Below, in pieces: positions 37,340-53,864 of a stretch of DNA of 64,000 nt. Source of the stretch: Eledone cirrhosa (Eukaryota). Where the stretch lies: NCBI GenBank assembly GCA_964016885.1, contig OZ024763.1, positions 20,088,001 through 20,152,000 of the forward strand, given 5' to 3'. Below the pieces are notes generated by a model. That model had not been told where the DNA came from, searched no databases, and saw nothing but the letters and a program-made list of their open reading frames with translations. The position numbers were made by a program, and so were the translations under genes. The first letter of the stretch is position 1; each line of letters begins with the position of its first letter.

Positions 37340-40300
37340 ACTGACTAACCACCACCACCACTACTGCTACTACTACACTGACTACCACTACCACTACTGC
37401 TACTACTACACTGACTAACCACCACCACCACTACTGTTACTACTACACTGACTACCACCACCACTACTGCTACTACTACACTGACTACCACCACCACTAC
37501 TGTTACTACTACACTGACTACCACCACCACTACTGCTACTACTACACTGACTACCACCACCACTACTACTGCTACTACTACACTGACTACCACCACCACT
37601 ACTGCTACTACTACACTGACTACCACCACCACTACTGCTACTACTACACTGACTACCACCACCACTACTGCTACTACTACACTGACTACCACCACCACTA
37701 CTGCTACTACTACACTGACTACCACCACCACTACTGCTACTACTACACTGACTACCACCACCACTACTGCTACTACTACACTGACTACCACCACCACTAC
37801 TGCTACTACTACACTGACTACCACCACCACCACTACTACTACTACTACACTAACTACCACCACCACTACTGCTACTACTACACTGACTAACTACCACCAC
37901 CACTACTGCTACTACTACACTGACTACCACCACCACTACTGCTACTACTACACTGACTAACCACCACCACCACTACTGTTACTACTACACTGACTACCAC
38001 CACCACTACTGCTACTACTACACTGACTACCACCACCACTACTGTTACTACTACACTGACTACCACCACCACTACTGCTACTACTACACTGACTACCACC
38101 ACCACTACTACTGCTACTACTACACTGACTAACCACCACCACCACTACTGCTACTACTACACTGACTACCACCACCACTACTACTGCTACTACTACACTG
38201 ACTAACCACCACCACCACTACTGCTACTACTACACTGACTAACCACCACAACCACTACTGCTACTACTACACTGACTACCACCACCACTACTGCTACTAC
38301 TACACTGACTACCACCACCACTACTACTGCTACTACTACACTGACTACCACCACCACTACTGCTACTACTACACTGACTACCACCACCACTACTGCTACT
38401 ACTACACTGACTACCACCACCACTACTGCTACTACTACACTGACTACCACCACCACTACTGCTACTACTACACTGACTACCACTACTGCTACTACTACAC
38501 TGACTACCACCACCACTACTGCTACTACTACACTGACTAACCACCACCACCACTACTGTTACTACTACACTGACTACCACCACCACTACTGCTACTACTA
38601 CACTGACTACCACCACCACTACTGTTACTACTACACTGACTACCACCACCACTACTGCTACTACTACACTGACTACCACCACCACTACTACTGCTACTAC
38701 TACACTGACTACCACCACCACTACTGCTACTACTACACTGACTACCACCACCACTACTGCTACTACTACACTGACTACCACCACCACTACTGCTACTACT
38801 ACACTGACTACCACCACCACTACTGCTACTACTACACTGACTACCACTACTGCTACTACTACACTGACTACCACCACCACTACTGCTACTACTACACTGA
38901 CTACCACCACCACTACTGCTACTACTACACTGACTACCACCACCACCACTACTACTACTGCTACACTAACTACCACCACCACTACTGCTACTACTACACT
39001 GACTAACTACCACCACCACTACTGCTACTACTACGCTGACTACCACCACCACTACTGCTACTACTACACTGACTAACCACCACCACCACTACTGCTACTA
39101 CTACACTGACTACCACCACCACTACTGCTACTACTACACTGACTAACCACCACCACCACTACTGCTACTACTACACTGACTACCACCACCACTACTGCTA
39201 CTACTACACTGACTAACCACCACCACCACTACTGCTACTACTACACTGACTAACCACCACCACCACTACTGCTACTACTACACTGACTAACCACCACAAC
39301 CACTACTGCTACTACTACACTGACTACCACCACCACTATTGCTACTACTACACTGACTACCACCACCACTACTGCTACTACTACACTGACTAACCACGAC
39401 CACTACTGCTACTACTACACTGACTAACCACGACCACTACTGCTACTACTACACTGACTAACCACCACCACCACTACTGCTACTACTACACTGACTAACC
39501 ACTACCACCACTACTGCTACTACTACACTGACTACCACTACCACCACTACTGCTACTACTACACTGACTAACCACCACCACCACTACTGCTACTACTACA
39601 CTGACTAACCACCACCACCACTACTGCTACTACTACACTGACTACCACCACCACCACTACTGCTACTACTACACTGACTAACCACCACAACCACTACTGC
39701 TACTACTACACTGACTAACCACCACAACCACTACTGCTACTACTACACTGACTAACCACCACAACCACTACTGCTACTACTACACTGACTAACCACCACA
39801 ACCACTACTGCTACTACTACACTGACTACCACCACCACCACTACTGCTACTACTACACTGACTAACCACCACAACCACTACTGCTACTACTACACTGACT
39901 AACCACCACAACCACTACTGCTACTACTACACTGACTAACCACCACAACCACTACTGCTACTACTACACTGACTAACCACCACAACCACTACTGCTACTA
40001 CTACACTGACTAACCACCACAACCACTACTGCTACTACTACACTGACTAACCACCACAACCACTACTGCTACTACTACACTGACTAACCACCACAACCAC
40101 TACTGCTACTACTACACTGACTAACCACCACCACCACTACTGCTACTACTACACTGACTAACCACCACAACCACTACTGCTACTACTACACTGACTACCA
40201 CCACCACCACTACTGCTACTACTACACTGACTAACCACCACCACCACTACTGCTACTACTACACTGACTAACCACCACCACCACTACTGCTACTACTACA

Positions 40301-43300
40301 CTGACTAACCACCACCACCACTACTGCTACTACTACACTGACTAACCACCACCACCACTACTGCTACTACTACACTGACTAACCACCACAACCACTACTG
40401 CTACTACTACACTGACTACCACCACCACCACTATTGCTACTACTACACTGACTACCACCACCACTACTGCTACTACTACACTGACTAACCACCACAACCA
40501 CTACTGCTACTACTACACTGACTACCACCACCACCACTACTGCTACTACTACACTGACTAACCACCACCACCACTACTGCTACTACTACACTGACTAACC
40601 ACCACCACCACTACTGCTACTACTACACTGACTAACCACCACCACCACTACTGCTACTACTACACTGACTAACCACCACCACCACTACTGCTACTACTAC
40701 ACTGACTAACCACCACAACCACTACTGCTACTACTACACTGACTACCACCACCACCACTATTGCTACTACTACACTGACTACCACCACCACCACTACTGC
40801 TACTACTACACTGACTAACCACGACCACTACTGCTACTACTACACTGACTAACCACTACCACCACTACTGCTACTACTACACTGACTACCACTACCACCA
40901 CTACTGCTACTACTACACTGACTAACCACGACCACTACTGCTACTACTACACTGACTAACCACCACCACCACTACTGCTACTACTACACTGACTAACCAC
41001 TACCACCACTACTGCTACTACTACACTGACTACCACTACCACCACTACTGCTACTACTACACTGACTAACCACGACCACTACTGCTACTACTACACTGAC
41101 TAACCACCACCACCACTACTGCTACTACTACACTGACTAACCACTACCACCACTACTGCTACTACTACACTGACTACCACTACCACCACTACTGCTACTA
41201 CTACACTGACTAACTACCACCACTACTGCTACTACTACACTGACTAACCACCACCACCACTACTGTTACTACTACACTGACTACCACCACCACTACTGCT
41301 ACTACTACACTGACTGACTACCACCACCACTACTGCTACTGCTACTACTACACTGACTAACCACCACCACCACTACTGTTACTACTACACTGACTACCAC
41401 CACCACTACTGCTACTACTACACTGACTGACTACCACCACCACTACTGCTACTACTACACTGACTAACCACCACCACCACTACTGCTACTACTACACTGA
41501 CTACCACCACCACCACTACTGCTACTACTACTACACTGACTAACTACCACCACCACTACTGCTACTACTACACTGACTACCACCACCACCACTACTGCTA
41601 CTACTATACTGACTAACTACCACCACCACTACTGCTACTACTACACTGACTACCACCACCACTACTGCTACTACTACTACACTGACTACCACCACCACCA
41701 CTACTGCTACTACTACACTGACTAACTACCACCACCACTACTGCTACTACTACACTGACTACCACCACCACCACTACTGCTACTACTACACTGACTAACT
41801 ACCACCACCACTACTGCTACTACTATACTGACTAACTACCACCACCACTACTGCTACTACTACACTAACTACCACCACCACTACTGCTACTACTATACTG
41901 ACTAACTACCACCACCACTACTGCTACTACTACACTGACTACCACCACCACCACTACTGCTACTACTACACTGACTAACCACCACCACCACTACTGCTAC
42001 TACTACACTGACTACCACCACCACCACTACTGCTACTACTACTACACTGACTACCACCACCACCACTACTGCTACTACTACACTGACTAACTACCACCAC
42101 CACTACTGCTACTACTACACTGACTACTACCACCACTACTGCTACTACTACACAGACTGACTACCACCACCACTACTGCTACTACTACACTGACTACCAC
42201 CACCACTACTGCTACTACTACACTGACTAACTACCACCACCACTACTGCTACTACTATACTGACTACTACCACCACTACTGCTACTACTACACTGACTAC
42301 CACCACCACCACTACTGCTACTACTACACTGACTGACTACCACCACCACTACTGCTACTACTACACTGACTACCACCACCACTACTGCTACTACTACACT
42401 GACTACCACCACCACTACTGCTACTACTACACTGACTACCACCACCACCACTACTGCTACTACTACACTGACTGACTACCACCACCACTACTGCTACTAC
42501 TACACTGACTACCACCACCACTACTGCTACTACTACACTGACTGACTACCACCACCACTACTGCTACTACTACACTGACTACCACCACCACTACTGCTAC
42601 TACTACACTGACTACCACCACCACCACTACTACTACTACTACACTAACTACCACCACCACTACTGCTACTACTACACTGACTAACTACCACCACCACTAC
42701 TGCTACTACTACACTGACTACCACCACCACTACTGCTACTACTACACTGACTAACCACCACCACCACTACTGCTACTACTACACTGACTACCACCACCAC
42801 TACTGCTACTACTACACTGACTAACCACCACCACCACTACTGCTACTACTACACTGACTACCACCACCACTACTGCTACTACTACACTGACTAACCACCA
42901 CCACCACTACTGCTACTACTACACTGACTACCACCACCACTACTGCTACTACTACACTGACTAACCACCACCACCACTACTGCTACTACTACACTGACTA
43001 CCACCACCACTACTGCTACTACTACACTGACTAACCACCACCACCACTACTGCTACTACTACACTGACTAACCACCACAACCACTACTGCTACTACTACA
43101 CTGACTACCACCACCACTATTGCTACTACTACACTGACTACCACCACCACTACTGCTACTACTACACTGACTAACCACGACCACTACTGCTACTACTACA
43201 CTGACTAACCACTACCACCACTACTGCTACTACTACACTGACTACCACTACCACCACTTCTGCTACTACTACACTGACTAACCACCACCACCACTACTGC

Positions 43301-46300
43301 TACTACTACCCTGACTACCACCACCACCACTACTGCTACTACTACTACACTGACTAACCACCACCACTACTGCTACTACTACACTGACTACCACCACCAC
43401 CACTACTGCTACTACTACACTGACTAACTACCACCACCACTACTGCTACTACTACACTGACTACCACCACCACTACTGCTACTACTACACTGACTACCAC
43501 CACCACTACTGCTACTACTAAACTGACTACTACCACCACTACTGCTACTACTACACTGACTACCACCACCACTACTGCTACTACTACACTGACTGACTAC
43601 CACCACCACTACTGCTACTACTACACTGACTAACCACCACCACCACTACTGCTACTACTACACTGACTACCACCACCACCACTACTGCTACTACTACTAC
43701 ACTGACTAACTACTACCACCACTACTGCTACTACTACACTGACTACCACCACCACTACTGCTACTACTACACTGACTACCACCACCACTACTGCTACTAC
43801 TACACTGACTACCACCACCACTACTGCTACTACTACACTGACTAACCACCACCACCACCACTGCTACTACTACACTGACTAACCACCACCACCACTACTG
43901 CTACTACTACACTGACTACCACCACCACTACTGCTACTACTACACTGACTACCACCACCACTACTGCTACTACTACACTGACTACCACCACCACTACTGC
44001 TACTACTACTACACTGACTAACTACCACCACCACTACTGCTACTACTACACTGACTACCACCACCACCACTACTGCTACTACTACACTGACTAACTACCA
44101 CCACCACTACTGCTACTACTACACTGACTACCACCACCACTACTGCTACTACTACACTGACTACCACCACCACTACTGCTACTACTACACTGACTAACCA
44201 CCACCACAACTACTGCTACTACTACACTGACTACCACCACCACCACTACTGCTACTACTACTACACTGACTAACTACCACCACCACTACTGCTACTACTA
44301 CACTGACTAACCACCACCACCACTACTGCTACTACTACACTGACTACCACCACCACTACTGCTACTACTACACTGACTACCACCACCACTACTGCTACTA
44401 CTACACTGACTACCACCACCACTACTGCTACTACTACACTGACTAACCACCACCACCACTACTGCTACTACTACACTGACTAACCACCACCACCACCACT
44501 ACTGCTACTACTACACTGACTACCACCACTACTACTGCTACTACTACACTGACTACCACCACCACTACTGCTACTACTACACTGACTACTACCACCACTA
44601 CTGCTACTACTACACTGACTACCACCACCACTACTGCTACTACTACACTGACTGACTACCACCACCACTACTGCTACTACTACACTGACTAACCACCACC
44701 ACCACTACTGCTACTACTACACTGACTAACCACCACCACCACTACTGCTACTACTACACTGACTACCACCACTACTACTGCTACTACTACACTGACTACC
44801 ACCACCACTACTGCTACTACTACACTGACTACTACCACCACTACTGCTACTACTACACTGACTACCACCACCACTACTGCTACTACTACACTGACTACCA
44901 CCACCACTACTGCTACTACTACACTGACTAACCACCACCACCACTACTGCTACTACTACACTGACTACCACCACCACCACTACTGCTACTACTACACTGA
45001 CTACCACCACCACTACTGCTACTACTACACTGACTAACCACCACCACCACTACTGCTACTACTACACTGACTAACCACCACCACCACTACTGCTACTACT
45101 ACACTGACTAACCACCACCACAACTACTGCTACTACTACACTGACTACCACCACCACCACTACTGCTACTTCTACACTGACTAACCACCACCACCACTAC
45201 TGCTGCTACTACACTGACTACCACCACCACTACTGCTACTACTACACTGACTACCACCACCACTACTGCTACTACTACACTGACTGACTACCACCACCAC
45301 TACTGCTACTACTACACTGACTAACCACCACCACCACTACTGCTACTACTACACTGACTGACTACTACCACCACTACTGCTACTACTACACTGACTAACC
45401 ACAACCACCACTACTGCTACTACTACACTGACTAACTACTACCACCACTAGTGCTACTACTACACTAACTACCACCACCACTACTGCTACTACTACACTG
45501 ACTACCACCACCACTACTGCTACTACTACACTGACTACCACCACCACCACCACTACTGCTACTACTACACTGACTGACTACCACCACCACTACTGCTACT
45601 ACTACACTGACTGACTACTACCACCACCACTAGTGCTACTACTACACTGACTACCACCACCACTACTGCTACTACTACACTGACTACCACCACCACTACT
45701 GCTACTACTACACTGACTAACCACCACCACCACTACTGCTACTACTACATTGACTGACTACTACCACCACTACTGCTACTACTACACTGACTAACCACCA
45801 CCACCACTACTGCTACTACTACACTGACTAACCACCACCACCACTACTGCTACTACTACATTGACTGACTACTACCACCACTACTGCTACTACTACACTG
45901 ACTAACCACCACCCACTACTGCTACTACTACACTGACTACCACCACCACTACTGCTACTACTACACTGACTACCACCACCACTACTGCTACTACTATACT
46001 GACTACCACCACCACTACTGCTACTACTACACTGACTAACCACCACCACCACTACTGCTACTACTACACTGACTACCACCACCACTACTGCTACTACTAC
46101 ACTGACTACCACCACCACTACTGCTACTACTACACTGACTACCACCACCACTACTGCTACTACTACACTGACTAACCACCACCACCACTACTGCTACTAC
46201 TACACTGACTAACTACTACCACCACTACTGCTACTACTACACTGACTAACCACCACCACCACTACTGCTACTACTACACTGACTAACCACTACCACCACT

Positions 46301-49300
46301 ACTGCTACTACTACACTGACTACCACCACCACTATTGCTACTACTACACTGACTACCACCACCACTACTGCTACTACTACACTGACTAACTACTACCACC
46401 ACTACTGCTACTACTACACTGACTAACCACCACCACCACTACTGCTACTACTACACTGACTAACTACTACCACCACTACAGCTACTACTACACTGACTAA
46501 CTACCACCACCACTACTGCTACTACTACACTGACTAACCACCACCACCACTACTGCTACTACTACACTGACTAACTACTACCACCACTACAGCTACTACT
46601 ACACTGACTAACTACCACCACCACTACTGCTACTACTACACTGACTAACCACGACCACTACTGCTACTACTACACTGACTAACCACCACCACCACTACTG
46701 CTACTACTACACTGACTACCACCACCACTATTGCTACTACTACACTGACTACCACCACCACTACTGCTACTACTACACTGACTAACTACTACCACCACTA
46801 CTGCTACTACTACACTGACTAACTACCACCACCACTACTGCTACTACTACACTGACTAACCACGACCACTACTGCTACTACTACACTGACTAACCACCAC
46901 CACCACTACTGCTACTACTACACTGACTAACTACCACCACCACTACACTGACTAACTACCACCACCACTACTGCTACTACTACACTGACTAACTACCACC
47001 ACCACTACACTGACTAACTACCACCACCACTACTGCTACTACTACACTGACTAACTACCACCACCACTACTGCTACTACTACACTGACTAACTACCACCA
47101 CCACTACTGCTACTACTACACTGACTAACCACCACCACCACTACTGCTACTACTACACTGACTAACTACTACCACCACTACTGCTACTACTACACTGACT
47201 AACTACCACCACCACTACTGCTACTACTACACTGACTAACCACGACCACTACTGCTACTACTACACTGACTAACCACCACCACCACTACTGCTACTACTA
47301 CACTGACTAACCACCACCACCACTACTGCTACTACTACACTGACTAACCACGACCACTACTGCTACTACTACACTGACTAACCACCACCACCACTACTGC
47401 TACTACTACACTGACTAAGCACCACCACCACTACTGCTACTACTACTACACTGACTAACTACTAGCACCACTACTGCTACTACTACACTGACTACCACCA
47501 CCACTACTGCTACTACTACTACACTGACTAACTACTAGCACCACTACTGCTACTACTACACTGACTACCACCACCACTACTGCTACTACTACACTGACTA
47601 CTACCACCACTACTGCTACTACTACACTGACTACCACCACCACTACTGCTACTACTACACTGACTACCACCACCACTACTGCTACTACTACACTGACTAC
47701 CACCACCACCACCACTGCTACTACTACACTGACTATCCACCACCACCACCACCACTACTGCTACTACTACACTGACTACCACCACCACTACTGCTACTAC
47801 TACACTGACTAACCACCACCACCACTACTGCTACTACTACACTGACTACCACCACCACCACTACTGCTACTACTACACTGACTACCACCACCACTACTGC
47901 TACTACTACACTGACTACCACCACCACTACTGCTACTACTACACTGACTAACTACCACCACCACCACTGCTACTACTACACTGACTACCACCACCACTAC
48001 TGCTACTACTACACTGACTACCACCACCACTACTGCTTCTACTACACTGACTACCACCACCACCACCACTGCTACTACTACACTGACTATCCACCACCAC
48101 CACCACCACTACTGCTACTACTACACTGACTACCACCACCACTACTGCTACTACTACACTGACTAACCACCACCACCACTACTGCTACTACTACACTGAC
48201 TACCACCACCACCACTACTGCTACTACTACACTGACTACCACCACCACTACTGCTAATACTACACTGACTACCACCACCACTACTGCTACTACTACACTG
48301 ACTACCACCACCACTACTACTGCTACTACTACACTGACTAACTACCACAACTACTACTGCTACTACTACACTGACTAACTACTACCACCACTACCGCTAC
48401 TACTACACTGACTAACTACCACCACCACCACTGCTACTACTACACTGACTACCACCACCACTACTGCTACTACTACACTGACTACCACCACCACTACTGC
48501 TACTACTACACTGACTACCACCACCACCACCACTGCTACTACTACACTGACTAACCACCACCACCACCACCACTACTGCTACTACTACACTGACTACCAC
48601 CACCACTACTGCTACTACTACACTGACTACCACCACCACCACTACTGCTACTACTACACTGACTAACTACCACCACCACCACTGCTACTACTACACTGAC
48701 TACCACCACCACTACTGCTACTACTACACTGACTACCACCACCACTACTGCTACTACTACACTGACTACCACCACCACTACTGCTACTACTACACTGACT
48801 ACCACCACCACTACTGCTACTACTACACTGACTACCACCACCACTACTGCTACTACTACACTGACTACCACCACCACTACTGCTAATACTACACTGACTA
48901 CCACCACCACTACTGCTACTACTACACTGACTACCACCACCACCACTGCTACTACTACACTGACTAACCACCACCACCACCACCACTACTGCTACTACTA
49001 CACTGACTACCACCACCACTACTGCTACTACTACACTGACTACCACCACCACTACTGCTACTACTACACTGACTACCACCACCACTACTACTGCTACTAC
49101 TACACTGACTAACTACCACTACCACTACTGCTACTACTACACTAACTACCACCACCACCACTACTGCTACTACTACACTGACTAACTACCACCACCACTA
49201 CTGCTACTACTACACTGACTAACTACTACCACCACTACTGCTACTACTACACTGACTAACCACCACCACTACTGCTACTACTACACTGACTAACTACCAC

Positions 49301-50150
49301 CACTACTACTGCTACTACTACACTGACTAACTACCACCACTACTACTGCTACTATTACACTGACTAACTACCACCACCACTACTGCTACTACTACCACCA
49401 CTACTGCTACTACTACACTGACTAACTACTACCACCACTACTGCTACTACTACACTGACTAACTACTACCACCACTACTGCTACTACTACACTGACTAAC
49501 CACCACCACTACTGCTACTACTACACTGACTAACTACCACCACCACTACTGCTACTACTACACTGACTAACTACTACCACCACTACTGCTACTACTACAC
49601 TGACTAACCACCACCACTACTGCTACTACTACACTGACTAACTACTACCACCACTACTGCTACTACTACACTGACTAACCACCACCACTACTGCTACTAC
49701 TACACTGACTAACTACCACCACCACTACTGCTACTACTACACTGACTAACTACCACCACTACTACTGCTACTATTACACTGACTAACTACCACCACCACT
49801 ACTGCTACTACTACCACCACTACTGCTACTACTACACTGACTAACTACTACCACCACTACTGCTACTACTACACCGACTAACCACCACTACTGCTACTAC
49901 TACACTGACTAACTACCACCACTACTGCTACTACTACACTGACTAACCACCACCACCACTACTGCTACTACTACCACCACTACTGCTACTACTACCACCA
50001 CTACTGCTACTACTACACTGACTAACTACTACCACCACTACTACTACACTGACTAACTACTACCACCACTACTGCTACTACTACCACCACTACTGCTACT
50101 ACTACCACCACTACTGCTACTACTACACTGACTAACTACTACCACCACCA
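37340..50150. repeat. 12.8-kb satellite, 33-37-bp unit ACTGACT(AAC)ACCACCACCACTACTGCTACTACTAC
   Basis: Seen directly; roughly 360-380 units by length. Decays into (CTA)n at the right end. Confidence 0.97.
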
Positions 50151-50345
50151 CTACCACTACTGATACCACCACCACTACTACTACCAGTACTGCTGATACC
50201 ACCACCACCACCACCACCACTACTACTACTGCTGCTGCTGATATCACTACTGTTATTACTACTGTTACAATGACTACCACTACTGCTGATACCACCACCA
50301 CTACTACTGCTACTACTACTGTTGATACCACCACTACTACTACTA

Positions 50346-50385
<40 letters not shown>

Positions 50386-50741
50386 CACTACCACTACTAC
50401 TACTACTACCAATACTAATACTACTACTGCTACGATCACTACGCTACAACTTCTGCTTTACTACTGCTACTAGTGCTGCTGTCGTTTCACTGCTAACACT
50501 GTTACTGTTACTACTACTACTAGTACTATCACTACTACTGCTGGTGCTGCTTCACTTCTACCACTGCTACTACCACTACTACTACTATTACTACCACCAC
50601 CACTACCACTATTACTAGTTCTACTACTGTTGCTACTACTACTACTACTATTACTACCACCACCACTACCACTATTACTAGTTCTACTACTGCTGCTACT
50701 ACTATTACTACTACTATTAAAACTACTACTACTACTACTAT

Positions 50742-50774
<33 letters not shown>

Positions 50775-50939
50775 GACTACTACTACTACTACTACTATTA
50801 CTACTACTGCTACTGCTACTACTACTACTACTTCCATTGCTATCACTACTACTACTACTACTACTACTACTACGACTACTACTACGACTACTATTACTAC
50901 TACTACTGCTACTACTACTACTACTACTTCCATTGCTAT

Positions 50940-50979
<40 letters not shown>

Positions 50980-52024
50980 GCTAGCCATCGCGGCCATACG
51001 TGTAATGTATACAGATACCAAATCAACTGTTCTGACCCCAGATGGGGAAACACCACCTTTCTCAATCCTCGCTGGAATTTTACCGGGCGATACCCTTGCT
51101 CCGTATCTATTCATCATTGTTGTGGATTATGTTTTGCGCGTGTCTGTGGATAGGATTCAGGATAGGGGATACCAACTACAGCCTAGGAGAAGCTCACGCT
51201 ACCCAGCAAAATACTTGACCGACACCGACTTTGCTGACGACATCGCATTGATCAGTTGGTCACTGGAAAATGCTGAGAGTCTTTTGAAGTCATTAGAGCA
51301 AGCGTCCAACTGTGTTGGACTGTACCTCAACGAATCCAAGACCGAGTATGTGAACAGATGCGCAAGCAGCCCAAACTACCCCATCAGAACCCTTAATGGT
51401 ACCACCCTTAAGCAGGTGGACGATTACAAGTATCTTGGCTCATATATCTCCTCCTCCAAAAAAGTTTTTCTAACCAGGAAGGGTATGGCATGGTCAGCGT
51501 GCAATGACATGCACGCCATATGGACATCTCAACTTACCATCAAGCTAAAACTGGAAATATTCCAAGCAACCATTAAGCCCATATTACTTTATGGATCCGA
51601 AACTTGGACACTAACATCACAACTTGAGAGGAGATTGGATGGCACATATACCCGCCTCTTAATGAGAGTGCAAAACCTATCCTGGAAACGACATCCCACC
51701 TTGTCTGAAATCTATGGCAAACTCCCTCGAGCCTCTGCCCTTCTAAAATCCCGGAGAGCTCAATCTGCTGGCCACTGTCACCGTGCCAGCAATGAAATCA
51801 TATCCGCTCTCTTGCTTTGGAACCCTGACTCCAGCCTGACTAGGAGTAGGAAGCTGTCATTCCCTGACGTTATCTCTAGGGATACGGGAATCAGTAGACG
51901 GGACCTGGGGTCAGCGATGGGGGACAGGGAATTCTGGGGCATGAGAGTGAGATCCATCATCTCGACAGTAGTCGACGAATGATGATGGTGACTACTACTA
52001 CTACTACGACTGCTGCTGCTGCTG

Positions 52025-52094
<70 letters not shown>

Positions 52095-52230
52095 CATTGC
52101 TATCACTACTACTACTTCCATTGCTATCACTACTACTACTACTACTACTACTATTACTACTACTACTGCTACTGCTGCTAATAATACTACGACTACTACT
52201 ACTACCAACACTACCACCACCACCACCACC

Positions 52231-52266
<36 letters not shown>

Positions 52267-52365
52267 GCTAACACTACTACAACTACCACCATCACCACTA
52301 CTACTACTACTGCTAACACTACTACAACTACCACCACCACTACTACTACTCCTGTTATTACTATG
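50150..52365. repeat. (CTA)n/(CCA)n-rich trinucleotide region interrupted by a LINE
   Basis: The motif CTACTTCCATTGCTATCACTAC occurs on both sides of the LINE. Confidence 0.9.
50981..51990 (+). mobile_element. 5'-truncated non-LTR retrotransposon (RTE-related, distinct family)
   Basis: GILPGDTLAPYLF, DTDFADDIAL, KTEY, YKYLGS, YGSETW, AGHC and M.DREFW motifs; (GAT)n tail. Confidence 0.88.
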
Positions 52366-52371
52366 ACTGTG

Positions 52372-52700
52372 TACGTGGCTTGGTGGTTATAGTGTTTCAG
52401 TTTTGATTTGACCATAACTTTACTGGTTAGGGTAAAGTTAGGGTAAAGACCGTGAGTTCAATCCCCAGACAGGGTGGTGTGTTGTGGCCTTGAGCAAGGT
52501 ACTTCATTTTATTGCTTCTAGCTATCAATCTGGCCAAAAAATGAGTTGTACAAGTAATGTAAAGAGGGATGGGCCTTATCATACACTGTGTCACGCTGAA
52601 TCTCCCTGAGAACGCCGTTAAGAGTGCTCGTGTCTGTGGAATACTCAGCAAGGCACACGATAATGCTGTTTCTACTGGAACAGTCGTTGGAACCGATGGA
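52372..52700 (+). mobile_element. SINE family 2 copy
   Basis: GTGGCTTGGTGGTTA..GAGTTCAATCCC..GGCCTTGAGCAAGGTACTTCATTT..GTCACGCTGAATCTCCCTGAG. Confidence 0.7.
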
Positions 52701-52704
52701 AGTA

Positions 52705-53472
52705 CTACAGCTACTACTACTACTTTGACTACAGCTACTACTACTTCTAGTACTTCTACTAGTACTACCACTACTAGGACTGTGACTACAGCAACTACTA
52801 CTGCAGCTATTACTACTACCTTGACTACAGCTACTACTACTACTAGTACTTCTACTAGTACTACCACTACTAGGACTGTGACTACAGCAACTACTACTGC
52901 AGCTACTACTACTACCTTGACTACAGCTACTACTACTACTAGTACTTCTACTAGTACTACCACTACTAGGACTGTGACTACAGCAACTACTACTGCAGCT
53001 ATTACTACTACTACTACTACTACCTTGACTACAGCTACTACTACTACTAGTACTTCTACTAGTACTACCACTACTAGGACTGTGACTACAGCAACTACTA
53101 CTGCAGCTATTACTACTACTACCTTGACTACAGTTACTACTACTACTAGTACTTCTACTAGTACTACCACTACTAGGACTGTGACTACAGCAACTACTAC
53201 TGCAGCTACTACTACTACTAGTACTACCACTACTAGGACTGTGACTACAGCAACTACTACTGCAGCTATTACTACTACTACTACTTTGACTACAGCTACT
53301 ACTACTACTAGTACTTCTACTAGTACTACCACTACTAGGACTGTGACTACAGCAACTACTACTGCAGCTATTACTACTACTACTACTACCTTGACTACAG
53401 CTACTACTACTACTAGTACTTCTACTAGTACTACCACAACTAGGACTGTGTCTACAGCAACTACTACTGCAG

Positions 53473-53515
<43 letters not shown>

Positions 53516-53516
53516 A
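52705..53516. repeat. About 90-100-bp trinucleotide-based minisatellite, 8-9 copies
   Basis: TTGACTACAGCTACT..AGTACTTCTACTAGTACTACCACTACTAGGACTGTGACTACAGCAACT..GCAGCT. Confidence 0.9.
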
Positions 53517-53594
53517 GAAACAAGAAAAATAACAACAAACAATAACTCCAAAATCTTTATTGTACAGGCACTAAATAAATTATATATATGCATA

Positions 53595-53648
<54 letters not shown>

Positions 53649-53864
53649 AATATATGTATATATATGTATATATATATATCTATAGATATTGTTTTTCGTT
53701 GGTATCTATGGATACAAATCACTGATATCATTCATAGCTATTAAATTTATCACCTGAGTCCTTTTCTGACCATCCTTCCTACCCTGTCAACTTGCTATAG
53801 ATTAACTTTTTTATCCAATTCGTCGTTGCTTATTTATTTTACATACAAATATTTATCTCACAGG

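Noticed and set aside
37345-50618. Loricrin-like SQCSSSSSGGG, poly-Val or His/Tyr-rich ORFs
   Set aside because: Frequent 37-bp units break the frame and add stops; there is no unique coding flank. Satellite.
52569-53744. Mucin-like Thr-rich 391-aa ORF
   Set aside because: It starts inside a SINE, ends in (TA)n and uses almost only ACT codons. Frame preservation follows from the trinucleotide structure. Use as an internal exon cannot be fully excluded without RNA data.
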